64,000 nt of DNA from Eledone cirrhosa (taxonomy: Eukaryota). Below the pieces are notes generated by a model that saw only the letters and a program-made list of their open reading frames with translations, had not been told where the DNA came from and searched no databases. Within the stretch, counting starts at the first letter, position 1; every line of letters begins with the position of its first letter. A program made the position numbers and the translations under genes. The stretch is taken from NCBI GenBank assembly GCA_964016885.1, contig OZ024741.1:22940001-23004000 (forward strand), written 5' to 3'. Positions 1 to 14,059 of the stretch are shown one piece after another.

Positions 1-3000
1 TACCATAATAAAAGCTCACAGTACAGTGTAAAATGGTAGTACTGGTACCACAATAAAAGCTCACAGTACACACTGTAAAATGGTAGTACTGGTACCACAA
101 TAAAAGCAAGCAGTACAGTGTAAAATGGTAGTACTGGTACCATAATAAAAGCTCACGGTACAGTGTAAAATGGTAGTACTGGTACCACAATAAAAGCAAG
201 CAGTACAGTGTAAAATGGTAGTACTGGTACCACAATAAAAGCACGCAGTACAGTGTAAAATGGTAGTACTGGTACCACAATAAAAGCAAGCAGTACAGTG
301 TAAAATGGTAGTACTGGTACCACAATAGAAAGCAAGCAGTACAATGTAAAATGGTAGTACTGGTACCACAAACGCACGCAGTACAGTGTAAAATGGTAGT
401 ACTGGTACCACAATACAAGCAAGCAGTACAGTGTAAAATGGTAGTACTGGTACCACAATAAAAGCAAGCAGTACAGTGTAAAATGGTAGTACTGGTACCA
501 CAATAAAAGCAAGCAGTACAGCGTAAAATGGTAGTACTGGTACCACAATAAAAGCACGCAGTACACACTGTAAAATGGTAGTACTGGTACCACAATAAAA
601 GCACGCGGTACACACTGTAAAATGGTAGTACTGGTACCACAATAAAAGCAAGCAGTACAGTGTAAAATGGTATTACTGGTACCACAATAAAAGCAAGCAG
701 TACAGTGTAAAATGGTAGTACTGGTACCACAATAAAAGCTCACAGTACAGTGCAAAATGGTAGTACTGGTATCACAATAAAAGCAAGCAGTACAGTGTAA
801 AATGGTAGTACTGGTACCACAATAAAAGCAAGCAGTACAGTGTAAAATGGTAGTACTGGTACCACAATAAAAGCAAGCAGTACAGTGTAAAATGGTAGTA
901 CTGGTACCACAATAAAAGCACGCAGTCCAGTGTAAAATGGTAGTACTGGTACCACAATAAAAGCAAGCAGTAGACTGTAAAATGGTAGTACTGGTACCAA
1001 AATAAAAGCTCACAGTACAGTGTAAAATGGTAGTACTGGTACCACAATAAAAGCAAGCAGTAGAGTGTAAAATGGTAGTACTGGTACCACAATAAAAGCA
1101 AGCAGTACAGTGTAAAATGGTAGTACTCGTACCACAATAAAAGCAAGCAGTACAGTGTAAAATGGTAGTACTGGTACAATAAAAGCAAGCAGTACAGTGT
1201 AAAATGGTAGTACTGGTACCACAATAACAGCAAGCAGTAGAGTGTAAAATGGTAGTACTGGCACCACAATAAAAGCTCACAGTACAGTGTAAAATGGTAG
1301 TACTGGTACCACAATAAAAGCTCACAGTACAGTGTAAAATGGTAGTACTGGTACCACAATAAAAGCTCACAGTACAGTGTACAATGGTAGTACTGGTACC
1401 ACAATAAAAGCAAGCAGTACAGTGTAAAATGGTAGTACTGGAACCACAATAAAAGCAAGCAGTACAGCGTAAAATGGTAGTACTGGTACCACAATAAAAG
1501 CACGCAGTACACACTGTAAAATGGTAGTACTGGTACCACAATAAAAGCACGCAGTACACACTGTAAAATGGTAGTACTGGTACCACAATAAAAGCTCACA
1601 GTACAGTGCAAAATGGTAGTACTGGTACCACAATAAAAGCTCACAGTACAGTGTAAAATGGTAGTACTGGTACCACAATAAAAGCAAGCAGTACAGTGTA
1701 AAATGGTAGTACTGGTACCACAATAAAAGCTCGCAGTACAGTGTAAAATGGTAGTACTGGTACCACAATAAAAGCACGCAGTCCAGTGTAAAATGGTAGT
1801 ACTGGTACCACAATAAAAGCAAGCAGGACAGTGTAAAATGGTAGTACTGGTACCACAATAAAAGCAAGCAGTACAGTGTAAAATGGTAGTACTGGTACCA
1901 CAATAAAAGCTCACAGTACAGTGTAAAAGGGTAGTACAGGTACCATAATAAAAGCTCACAGTACAGTGTAAAATGGTAGTACTGGTACCACAATAACAGC
2001 AAGCAGTACAGTGTAAAATGGTAGTACTGGTACCACAATAAAAGCAAGCAGTACAGTGTAAAATGGTAGTACTGGTACCACAATAAAAGCAAGCAGTACA
2101 GTGCAAAATGGTAGTACTGGTACCACAATAAAAGCCCACAGTACAGTGTAAAATGGTAGTACTGGTACCTCAATAAAAGCACGCAGTACAGTGTAAAATG
2201 GTAGTACTGGTACCACAATAAAAGCTCACAGTACAGACTGTAAAATGGTAGTACTGGTACCACAATAAAAGCAAGCAGTACAGTGTAAAATGGTAGTACT
2301 AGTACCACAATAAAAGCACGCAGTACAGTGTAAAATGGTAGTACTGGTACCACAATAAAAGCAAGCAGTACAGTGTAAAATACTAGTACTGGTACCACAA
2401 TAGAAAGCAAGCAGTACAGTGCAAAATGGTAGTACTGGTACCACAAAAGCACGCAGTGCAGTGTAAAATGGTAGTACTGGTACCACAATAAAAGCAAGCA
2501 GTACGGTGTAAAATGGTAGTACTGGTACCACAATAAAAGCAAGCAGTACAGTGTAAAATGGTAGTACTGGTACCACAATGGAAGCAAGCAGTACAGTGTA
2601 AAATGGTAGCACTGGTACCACAATAAAAGCACGCAGAACAGTGTAAAATGGTAGTACTGGTACCACAATAAAAGCACGCAGTACCGTGTAAAATGGTAGT
2701 ACTGGTACCACAATAAAAGCATGCAGTACTCACTGTAAAATGGTAGTACTGGTACCACAATAAAAGCTCACAGTACACACTGTAAAATGGTAGTACTGGT
2801 ACCAAAATGAAAGCTCACAGTACAGTGTAAAGTGGTAGTACTGGTACCACAATAAAAGCTCACAGTACAGTGTAAAATGGTAGTACTGGTACCACAATAA
2901 AAGCTCAAAGTACAGTGTAAAATGGTAGTACTGGTACCACAATATAAGCAAGCAGTACAGTGTAAAATGGTAGTACTGGAACCACAATAAAAGCAAGCAG

Positions 3001-6000
3001 TACAGCGTAAAATGGTAGTACTGGTACCACAATAAAAGCACGCAGTACACACTGTAAAATGGTAGTACTGGTACCACAATAAAAGCACGCGGTACACACT
3101 GTAAAATGGTAGTACTGGTACCACAATAAAAGCAAGCAGTACAGCGTAAAATGGTAGTACTGGTACCACAATAAAAGCACGCAGTACACACTGTAAAATG
3201 GTAGTACTGGTACCACAATAAAAGCACGCAGTACACACTGTAAAATGGTAGTACTGGTACCACAATAAAAGCTCACAGTACAGTGTAAAATGGTAGTACT
3301 GGTACCACAATAAACGCAAGCAGTACAGTGTAAAATGGTAGTACTGGTGCCACAATAAAAGCTCACAGTACAGTGTAAAATGGTAGTACTGGTACCACAA
3401 TAAAAGCAAGCAGTACAGTGTAAAATGGTAGTACTGGTACCACAATAAAAGCTCGCAGTACAGTGTAAAATGGTAGTACTGGTACCACAATAAAAGCACG
3501 CAGTCCAGTGTAAAATGGTAGTACTGGTACCACAATAAAAGCAAGCAGGACAGTGTAAAATGGTAGTACTGGTACCACAATAAAAGCTCACAGTACAGTG
3601 TAAAATGGTAGTACTGGTACCACAATAAAAGCAAGCAGTACAGTGTAAAAGGGTAGTACAGGAACCACAATAAAAGCTCACAGTACAGTGTAAAATGGTA
3701 GTACTGGTACCACAATAACAGCAAGCAGTACAGTGTAAAATGGTAGTACTGGTACCACAATAAAAGCTCACAGTACAGTGTAAAATGGTAGTACTGGTAC
3801 CACAATAAAAGCAAGCAGTACAGTGTAAAATCGTAGTACTGGTACCACAATAAAAGCCCACAGTACAGTGTAAAATGGTAGTACTGGAACCTCAATAAAA
3901 GCACGCAGTACAGTGTAAAATGGTAGTACTGGTACCACAATAAAAGCAAGCAGTACAGTGTAAAATAGTAGTACTGGTACCACAATAAAAGCAAGCAGTA
4001 CAGTGTAAAATGGTAGTACTGGTACCATAATAAAAGCTCACAGTACAGTGTAAAATGGTAGTACTGGTACCACAATAAAAGCTCACAGTACACACTGTAA
4101 AATGGTAGTACTGGTACCACAATAAAAGCAAGCAGTACAGTGTAAAATGGTAGTACTGGTACCATAATAAAAGCTCACGGTACAGTGTAAAATGGTAGTA
4201 CTGGTACCACAATAAAAGCAAGCAGTACAGTGTAAAATGGTAGTACTGGTACCACAATAAAAGCACGCAGTACAGTGTAAAATGGTAGTACTGGTACCAC
4301 AATAAAAGCAAGCAGTACAGTGTAAAATGGTAGTACTGGTACCACAATAGAAAGCAAGCAGTACAATGTAAAATGGTAGTACTGGTACCACAAACGCACG
4401 CAGTACAGTGTAAAATGGTAGTACTGGTACCACAATACAAGCAAGCAGTACAGTGTAAAATGGTAGTACTGGTACCACAATAAAAGCAAGCAGTACAGTG
4501 TAAAATGGTAGTACTGGTACCACAATAAAAGCAAGCAGTACAGCGTAAAATGGTAGTACTGGTACCACAATAAAAGCACGCAGTACACACTGTAAAATGG
4601 TAGTACTGGTACCACAATAAAAGCACGCGGTACACACTGTAAAATGGTAGTACTGGTACCACAATAAAAGCAAGCAGTACAGTGTAAAATGGTATTACTG
4701 GTACCACAATAAAAGCAAGCAGTACAGTGTAAAATGGTAGTACTGGTACCACAATAAAAGCTCACAGTACAGTGCAAAATGGTAGTACTGGTATCACAAT
4801 AAAAGCAAGCAGTACAGTGTAAAATGGTAGTACTGGTACCACAATAAAAGCAAGCAGTACAGTGTAAAATGGTAGTACTGGTACCACAATAAAAGCAAGC
4901 AGTACAGTGTAAAATGGTAGTACTGGTACCACAATAAAAGCACGCAGTCCAGTGTAAAATGGTAGTACTGGTACCACAATAAAAGCAAGCAGTAGAGTGT
5001 AAAATGGTAGTACTGGTACCAAAATAAAAGCTCACAGTACAGTGTAAAATGGTAGTACTGGTACCACAATAAAAGCAAGCAGTAGAGTGTAAAATGGTAG
5101 TACTGGTACCACAATAAAAGCAAGCAGTACAGTGTAAAATGGTAGTACTGGTACCACAATAAAAGCAAGCAGTACAGTGTAAAATGGTAGTACTGGTACC
5201 ACAATAAAAGCAAGCAGTACAGTGTAAAATGGTAGTACTGGTACCACAATAAAAGCAAGCAGTACAGTGTAAAATGGTAGTACTGGTACCACAATAACAG
5301 CAAGCAGTACAGTGTAAAATGGTAGTACTGGCACCACAATAAAAGCTCACAGTACAGTGTAAAATGGTAGTAGTGGTACCACAATAAAAGCTCACAGTAC
5401 AGTGTAAAATGGTAGTACTGGTACCACAATAAAAGCTCACAGTACAGTGTAAAATGGTAGTAGTGGTACCACAATAAAAGCTCACAGTACAGTGTAAAAT
5501 GGTAGTACTGGTACCACAATAAAAGCACGCAGTACACACTGTAAAATGGTAGTACTGGTACCACAATAAACGCAAGCAGTACAGTGTAAAATGGTAGTAC
5601 TGGTACCACAATAAAAGCTCACAGTACAGTGTAAAATGGTAGTACTGGTACCACAATAAAAGCAAGCAGTACAGTGTAAAATGGTAGTACTGGTACCACA
5701 ATAAAAGCTCGCAGTGCAGTGTAAAATGGTAGTACTGGTACCACAATAAAAGCAAGCAGGACAGTGTAAAATGGTAGTACTGGTACCACAATAAAAGCAA
5801 GCAGTACAGTGTAAAATGGTAGTACTGGTACCACAATAAAAGCTCACAGTACAGTGTAAAAGGGCAGTACTGGTACCACAATAAAAGCTCACAGTACAGT
5901 GTAAAATGGTAGTACTGGTACCACAATAACAGCAGGCAGTACAGTGTAAAATAGTAGTACTGGTACCACAATAAAAGCTCACAGTACAGTGTAAAATGGT

Positions 6001-9000
6001 AGTACTGGTACCACAATAAAAGCTCAAAGTACAGTGTAAAATGGTAGTACTGGTACCACAATAAAAGCAAGCAGTACAGTGTAAAATGGTAGTACTGGTA
6101 CCACAATAGAAAGCAAGCAGTACAGTGCAAAATGGTAGTACTGGTACCACAAAAGCACGCAGTACAGTGTAAAATGGTAGTACTGGTACCACAATAAAAG
6201 CAAGCAGTACAGTGTAAAATGGTAGTACTGGTACCACAATAAAAGCAAGCAGTACAGTGTAAAATGGTAGTACTGGTACCACAATAGAAGCAAGCAGTAC
6301 AGTGTAAAATGGTAGTACTGGTACCACAATAAAAGCAAGCAGAACAGTGTAAAATGGTAGTACTGGTACCACAATAAAAGCACGCAGTACCGTGTAAAAT
6401 GGTAGTACTGGTACCGCAATAAAAGCATGCAGTACTCACTGTAAAATGGTAGTACTGGTACCACAATAAAAGCTCACAGTACACACTGTAAAATGGTAGT
6501 ACTGGTACCACAATGAAAGCTCACAGTACAGTGTAAAATGGTAGTACTGGTACCACAATAAAAGCAAGCAGTACAGTGTAAAATGGTAGTACTGGTACCA
6601 CAATAAAAGCTCACAGTACAGCATAAAATGGTAGTACTGGTACCACAATAAAAGCAAGCAGTACAGTGTAAAATGGTAGTACTGGTACCACAATAAAAGC
6701 ACGCAGTACAGTGTAAAATGGTAGTACTGGTACCACAATAAAAGCAAGCAGTACAGTGTAAAATGGTAGTACTGGTACCACAATAGAAAGCAAGCAGTAC
6801 AGTGCAAAATGGTAGTACTGGTACCACAAAAGCACGCAGTACAGTGTAAAATGGTAGTACTGGTACCACAATAAAAGCAAGCAGTACAGTGTAAAATGGT
6901 AGTACTGGTACCACAATAAAAGCTCACAGTACAGTGTAAAATGGTAGTACTGGTACCACAATAAAAGCAAGCAGTACAGTGTAAAATCATAGTACTGGTA
7001 CCACAATAAAAGCCCACAGTACAGTGTAAAATGGTAGTACTGGTACCTCAATAAAAGCACGCAGTACAGTGTAAAATGGTAGTACTGGTACCACAATAAA
7101 AGCAAGCAGTACAGTGTAAAATAGTAGTACTGGTACCACAATAGAAAGCAAGCATTACAGTGCAAAATGGTAGTAATGGTACCACAAAAGCACGCAGTGC
7201 AGTGTAAAATGGTAGTACTGGTACCACAATAAAAGCAAGCAGTACGGTGTAAAATGGTAGTACTGGTACCACAATAAAAGCAAGCAGTACAGTGTAAAAT
7301 GGTAGTACTGGTACCACAATGGAAGCAAGCAGTACAGTGTAAAATGGTAGCACTGGTACCACAATAAAAGCACGCAGAACAGTGTAAAATGGTAGTACTG
7401 GTACCACAATAAAAGCACGCAGTACCGTGTAAAATGGTAGTACTGGTACCACAATAAAAGCATGCAGTACTCACTGTAAAATGTTAGTACTGGTACCACA
7501 ATAAAAGCTCACAGTACACACTGTAAAATCATAGTACTGGTACCACAATAAAAGCCCACAGTACAGTGTAAAATGGTAGTACTGGTACCTCAATAAAAGC
7601 AAGCAGTACAGTGTAAAATGGTAGTACTGGTACCACAATAAAAGCAAGCAGTACAGTGTAAAATGGTAGTACTGGTACCATAATAAAAGCTCACAGTACA
7701 GTGTAAAATGGTAGTACTGGTACCACAATAAAAGCACGCGGTACACACTGTAAAATGGTAGTACTGGTACCACAATAAAAGCTCACAGTACACACTGTAA
7801 AATGGTAGTACTGGTACCACAATGAAAGCTCACAGTACACACTGTAAAATGGTAGTACTGGTACCACAATAAAAGCAAGCAGTACAGTGTAAAATGGTAG
7901 TACTGGTACCATAATAAAAGCTCACGGTACAGTGTAAAATGGTAGTACTGGTACCACAATAAAAGCAAGCAGTACAGTGTAAAATGGTAGTGCTGGTACC
8001 ACAATAAAAGCACGCAGTACAGTGTAAAATGGTAGTACTGGTACCACAATAAAAGCAAGCAGTACAGTGTAAAATGGTAGTACTGGTACCACAATAGAAA
8101 GCAAGCAGTACAATGTAAAATGGTAGTACTGGTACCACAAACGCACGCAGTACAGTGTAAAATGGTAGTACTGGTACCACAATAAAAGCAAGCAGTACAG
8201 TGTAAAATGGTAGTACTGGTACCACAATAAAAGCAAGCAGTACAGTGTAAAATGGTAGTACTGGTACCACAATAAAAGCAAGCAGTACAGCGTAAAATGG
8301 TAGTACTGGTACCACAATAAAAGCACGCAGTACACACTTTAAAATGGTAGTACTGGTGCCACAATAAAAGCACGCGGTACACACTGTAAAATGGTAGTAC
8401 TGGTACCACAATAAAAGCAAGCAGTACAGTGTAAAATGGTATTACTGGTACCACAATAAAAGCAAGCAGTACAGTGTAAAATGGTAGCACTGGTACCACA
8501 ATAAAAGCTCACAGTACAGTGCAAAATGGTAGTACTGGTATCACAATAAAAGCAAGCAGTACAGTGTAAAATGGTAGTACTGGTACCACAATAAAAGCAA
8601 GCAGTACAGTGTAAAATGGTAGTACTGGTACCACAATAAAAGCAAGCAGTACAGTGTAAAGTGGTAGTACTGGTACCTCAATAAAAGCACGCAGTCAAGT
8701 GTAAAATGGTAGTACTGGTACCACAATAAAAGCAAGCAGTAGAGTGTAAAATGGTAGTACTGGTACCAAAATAAAAGCTCACAGTACAGTGTAAAATGGT
8801 AGTACTGGTACCACAATAAAAGCAAGCAGTAGAGTGTAAAATGGTAGTACTGGTACCACAATAAAAGCAAGCAGTACAGTGTAAAATTGTAGTACTCGTA
8901 CCACAATAAAAGCAAGCAGTACAGTGTAAAATGGTAGTACTGGTACCACAATAAAAGCAAGCAGTACAGTGTAAAATGGTAGTACTGGTACCACAATAAC

Positions 9001-11848
9001 AGCAAGCAGTACAGTGTAAAATGGTAGTACTGGCACCACAATAAAAGCTCACAGTACAGTGTAAAATGGTAGTACTGGTACCACAATAAAAGCTCACAGT
9101 ACAGTGTAAAATGGTAGTAGTGGTACCACAATAAAAGCTCACAGTACAGTGTAAAATGGTAGTACTGGTACCACAATAAAAGCTCACAGTACAGTGTAAA
9201 ATGGTAGTACTGGTACCACAATAAAAGCTCACAGTACAGTGTAAAATGGTAGTACTGGTACCACAATAAAAGCAAGCAGTACAGTGTAAAATGGTAGTAC
9301 TGGTACCACAATAAAAACAAGCAGTACAGTGTAAAATGGTAGCACTGGTTCCACAATAAAAGCTCACAATACAGTGTAAAATGGTAGTACTGGTACCACA
9401 ATAAAAGCAAGCAGTACAGCGTAAAATGGTATTACTGGTACCACAACAAAAGCACGCAGTACAGTGTAAAATGGTAGTACTGGTACCACAATAAAAGCAC
9501 GCAGTACAGTATAAAATGGTAGTACTGGTACCATAATAAAAGCAAACAGTACAGTGTTAAATGGTAGTACTGGTACCACAATAAAAGCAAGCAGTACAGT
9601 GTAAAATGGTAGTACTGGTACCATAATAAAAGCAAGCAGTACAGTGTAAAATGGTAGTACTGGTACCACAATAAAAAGCTCACAGTACACTGTAAAATGG
9701 TAGTACTGGTACCACAATAGAAGCTCACAGTACAGTGTAAAATGGTAGTACTGGTACCACAATAAAAGCAAGCATTACAGTGTAAGATGGTACTACTGGT
9801 AGCACAATAAAAGCTCACAGTACAGTGTAAAATGGTAGTACTGGTAGCACAATAAAAGCAAGCAGTACAGTGTAAAATGGTAGTACTGATACCACAATAA
9901 AAGCTCACAGTACAGTGTAAAAGGGTAGTACTGGTACCACAATAAAAGCTCAGTACACTGTAAAATGGTAGTACTGGTACCACAATGAAAGCTCACAGTA
10001 CAGTGTAAAATGGTCGTACTGGTACCACAATAAAAGCTCACAGTACAGTGTAAAATGGTAGTACTGGTACGACAATAAAAGCTCACAGTACAGTGTAAAA
10101 TGGTAGTACTGGTACCACAATAAAAGCACGCAGTACACACTGTAAAATGGTAGTACTGGTACCACAATAAACGCAAGCAGTACAGTGTAAAATGGTAGTA
10201 CTGGTACCACAATAAAAGCTCACAGTACAGTGTAAAATGGTAGTACTGGTACCACAATAAAAGCAAGCAGTACAGTGTAAAATGGTAGTACTGGTACCAC
10301 AATAAAAGCTCGCAGTGCAGTGTAAAATGGTAGTACTGGTACCACAATAAAAGCAAGCAGGACAGTGTAAAAGGGCAGTACTGGTACCACAATAAAAGCT
10401 CACAGTACAGTGTAAAATGGTAGTACTGGTACCACAATAACAGCAAGCAGTACAGTGTAAAATAGTAGTACTGGTACCACAATAAAAGCTCACAGTACAG
10501 TGTAAAATGGTAGTACTGGTACCACAATAAAAGCTCAAAGTACAGTGTAAAATGGTAGTACTGGTACCACAATAAAAGCACGCAGTACAGTGTAAAATGG
10601 TAGTACTGGTACCACAATAAAAGCAAGCAGTACAGTGTAAAATGGTAGTACTGGTACCACAATAGAAAGCAAGCAGTACAGTGCAAAATGGTAGTACTGG
10701 TACCACAAAAGCACGCAGTACAGTGTAAAATGGTAGTACTGGTACCACAATAAAAGCAAGCAGTACAGTGTAAAATGGTAGTACTGGTACCACAATAAAA
10801 GCAAGCAGTACAGTGTAAAATGGTAGTACTGGTACCACAATAGAAGCAAGCAGTACAGTGTAAAATGGTAGTACTGGTACCACAATAAAAGCAAGCAGAA
10901 CAGTGTAAAATGGTAGTACTGGTACCACAATAAAAGCACGCAGTACCGTGTAAAATGGTAGTACTAGTACCACAATAAAAGCATGCAGTACTCACTGTAA
11001 AATGGTAGTACTGGTACCACAATAAAAGCTCACAGTACACACTGTAAAATGGTAGTACTGGTACCACAATGAAAGCTCACAGTACAGTGTAAAATGGTAG
11101 TACTGGTACCACAATAAAAGCAAGCAGTACAGTGTAAAATGGTAGTACTGGTACCACAATAAAAGCTCACAGTACAGCATAAAATGGTAGTACTGGTACC
11201 ACAATAAAAGCAAGCAGTACAGTGTAAAATGGTAGTACTGGTACCACAATAAAAGCAAGCAGTACAGTGTAAAATGGTAGTACTGGTACCACAATAAAAG
11301 CTCACAGTACAGCATAAAATGGTAGTACTGGTACCACAATAAAAGCAAGCAGTACAGTGTAAAATGGTAGTACTGGTACCACAATAAAAGCAAGCAGAAC
11401 GGTGTAAAATGGTAGTACTGGTACCACAATAAAAGCTCACAGTACAGTGTAAAATGGTAGTACTGGTACCACAATAAAAGCAAGCAGTACAGTGTAAAAT
11501 GGTAGTACTGGTACCACAATAAAAGCTCACAGTACAGCATAAAATGGTAGTACTGGTACCACAATAAAAGCAAGCAGTACAGCATAAAATGGTAGTACTG
11601 GTACCACAATAAAAGCAAGCAGTACAGTGTAAAATGGTAGTACTGGTACCACAATAAAAGCAAGCAGTACAGTGTAAAATGGTAGTACTGGTACCACAAT
11701 AAAAGCAAGCAGTACAGTGTAAAATGGTAGTACTGGAACCACAATAAAAGCTCACAGTACACACTGTAAAATGGTAGTACTGATACTACAATAAAAGCAT
11801 TCAGTACACAGTAGAGTGGTAGTACTGGTGCCATAATAAAAGCATGCA
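1..11848. repeat. 45-bp tandem satellite (~260 monomers; consensus GGTACCACAATAAAAGCAAGCAGTACAGTGTAAAATGGTAGTACT) inside gamma-tubulin intron 7; continues beyond the left edge
   Basis: Monomer read directly, with variants GCAAGC/GCTCAC/GCACGC and occasional 43-47-bp units. It degenerates at ~11780-11850. Confidence 0.99.
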
Positions 11849-11989
11849 ATAAAGTAGTTGTAATTAAGAAGATCATCAAACCATGCTAATATATGGAATG
11901 TAGAAGCAAGATGTATGGTTCTCTGATCAATGGACTTGGAATATGAGAACTCATCCAACCTTTTCCAACATGGAAAGACTAGTCTCAAA

Positions 11990-12235
11990 CCAGGAGGCTC
12001 ATTAGGCCGGTGCTTATCCCGGTTTTATGGCGTGAAGTGACAAAGTATAAGACTCCCTGCTGGACAGGAAGCCAGTCCATTGCAAGGTTAAACTCCCAGC
12101 TATTGCTGGTACTCATTTAGAGTTGAGTATGCAGGAGCAACGTAAAAGGAAGTGTTTTGCTCAAGAACACAATACAGAACCCACGACAATCATGATCGTA
12201 AGTCCAACACCCTTACCACTAGGCCATGTGCCGCC
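11990..12235 (-). mobile_element. tRNA-derived SINE, family B (degenerate)
   Basis: Reverse complement has the GCACATGGCCTAGTGGTAAGG head and GTGTTCTTGAGCAAAACACTT core shared with copies at ~55.6, 62.3 and 63.4 kb. Confidence 0.7.
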
Positions 12236-12346
12236 ACCCAGCATAGAAAGTAAATATAAAATGATGTTGATGACAATGATATAAGAATCTATTAATCTAA
12301 ACACAATGAAGGAACCATAAAACTAAAAAGGTATTAAATTGCTCAC

Positions 12347-12473
12347 CACACAATCTGCATTCAGGGTCAGTCGCTTCAGTGTGAGTAATGAGTTATAGGG
12401 TTGAACAACAACATCTGATATTTCATCCAGATTTGGAAAAACTGAATAGGTTTGGATAAGCTTTTTTGGAAAT
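12347..12473 (-). CDS. TUBG1: gamma-tubulin exon 7 ((R)[42 protein letters not shown])
   Basis: 127-nt exon with tttgcag acceptor and gtgagc donor. Translation matches gamma-tubulin and is in phase with exon 6. Confidence 0.97.
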
Positions 12474-12914
12474 CTGCAAACAAATCAATGAATTTAATTA
12501 TATCAAGTTAAGAAGAATTGGAATCTGAAGTGGTGTGCAGGAGAGAAGACTGCATTGGTTTGGACATGTGATGCACATGGACAATGATCAATGGGTGAAA
12601 AATGCCAGTGAAAGGATGCTGTGGTAGAAGTAGACTGAGAAAGACCTGGGCAGAGATACTGTACTGATAAGGACCCGTCTAACCCATGCAAGTGTGGAAA
12701 AGCGGACATGATGATGATGATGATGATGAATATCACTGCACTTCATATAAAAGCATAACTTAAGGATATATAAGATACCTTTATTTGACTGTACTGCTTA
12801 GTCATCAGGTGTGACTTAATGATGAGGTCACAAATACCAGCAACAAGTTTCATTAAGAATCAAAAGACTCATTATCTTGTATTTCTGTACAACCAAAATA
12901 TATTATTATTATTG

Positions 12915-13120
12915 GTAGATTGGCAGTAATAGTAGAGTGTCAGACATGCTTTGCAGCATATAGTTACATTCTGAGTTCAAATCCTGCCAAGGTTAGTTTT
13001 GCCTTTCATCCTTACAGGGTTGATAAAATAAAGCCCCAGTAATGTACTGGGGTTGATTTAATCACCCCCCCCCCCCCCACAAAATTATTGGCCTTGTGCC
13101 TAAATCTGAAACTATTATTA
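12915..13120 (+). mobile_element. tRNA-derived SINE, family A (degenerate)
   Basis: TTGGCAGTA A-box-like head, GAGTTCAAATCC B-box, GCCTTTCATCCTTAC core, GGCCTTGTGCCTAAA tail. Confidence 0.8.
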
Positions 13121-13735
13121 TTATTTGATAATTTATTTTATCTCATTTAAATGTGATAAATTAATTCTATTAAAGACAATATCTGGTGAGAGAATCAGAG
13201 AGTAGGAGGTTTGCTAATATTCAGTCCAATGAAAATAAAATGGTGAACTGTTTCCAATTGTAAAGCAATGTAGTTATATAGAAAAGGATGCCAGTGTGAT
13301 ATAACATTTATCAGTTTTTGAAGTTGCTATTATTTCAGACAAGTGGTAGTGAAAAGAAAGCAGAATAGAAGAGTTACAGTAGATGCCATATTTCTACTAA
13401 GGGAACTACAAAAGACCAGCTATTTTGCATTCATCACCTGGAAAGTTTGCACATATGCTATTCCAGTGAGAGGTGAGAAAATCAACTATAAATGATTATA
13501 TTCTAACATCTATGAAGGACATGAAGGAGGTCCTTTAAGTAGGTTTAGGGTTGGTGGTAAACCCTGACACCTGTGTAGGGCATGAAGGAAGTCCTTTAAG
13601 TAGGTTTAGGATTGGTGGTAAACATAGCAAACAATTCAGTATACAGATAATCTATTCACTAATTCTCCCACCTCAATTTCCTTCTTGTAGCAAAAACTAA
13701 AATAATATAGTAAAACAAAGCATGTTCCAAATTAC

Positions 13736-13815
13736 CTGTCATTCAGTTTTTCCAGCATGTATGATCCTAAACCTGATCCAGTTCCACCTGCTATTGAATG
13801 ACAAAGAACAAATCC
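13736..13815 (-). CDS. TUBG1: gamma-tubulin exon 6 ([27 protein letters not shown])
   Basis: Contains the tubulin signature GGTGSG; AG/GT boundaries; 80 nt. Confidence 0.98.
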
Positions 13816-14059
13816 CTGAAAGAAAGAAGCAAATAATATAAGTTCAAAGACAATGAAGCAGTCATTTTCTTTACCCTTTTATCTTTATTTTTGATAAAAT
13901 ACAGTAGGGTTGATGATGACAACCATTCTAAGACATTTAGGTATTTAATCAGAAAATATTTATATTAACTCTTTTGATATTAAACAACCCCAAACCGAAC
14001 GTGGTCCACACTAAAGAAACACTGTCAACAGTTCATCTTTTACAAGCTTGTAGACAATG

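Noticed and set aside
1-11848. CRISPR-like appearance (conserved part with a variable part)
   Set aside because: The variable part is only a few recurring 6-8-nt variants rather than unique spacers. There are no cas genes and the context is eukaryotic.
61-11988. Dozens of long Cys/Tyr/Thr-rich ORFs (up to 778 aa)
   Set aside because: They are translations of a 45-bp satellite that is nearly stop-free on one strand, overlap in all three frames and lie inside a tubulin intron.
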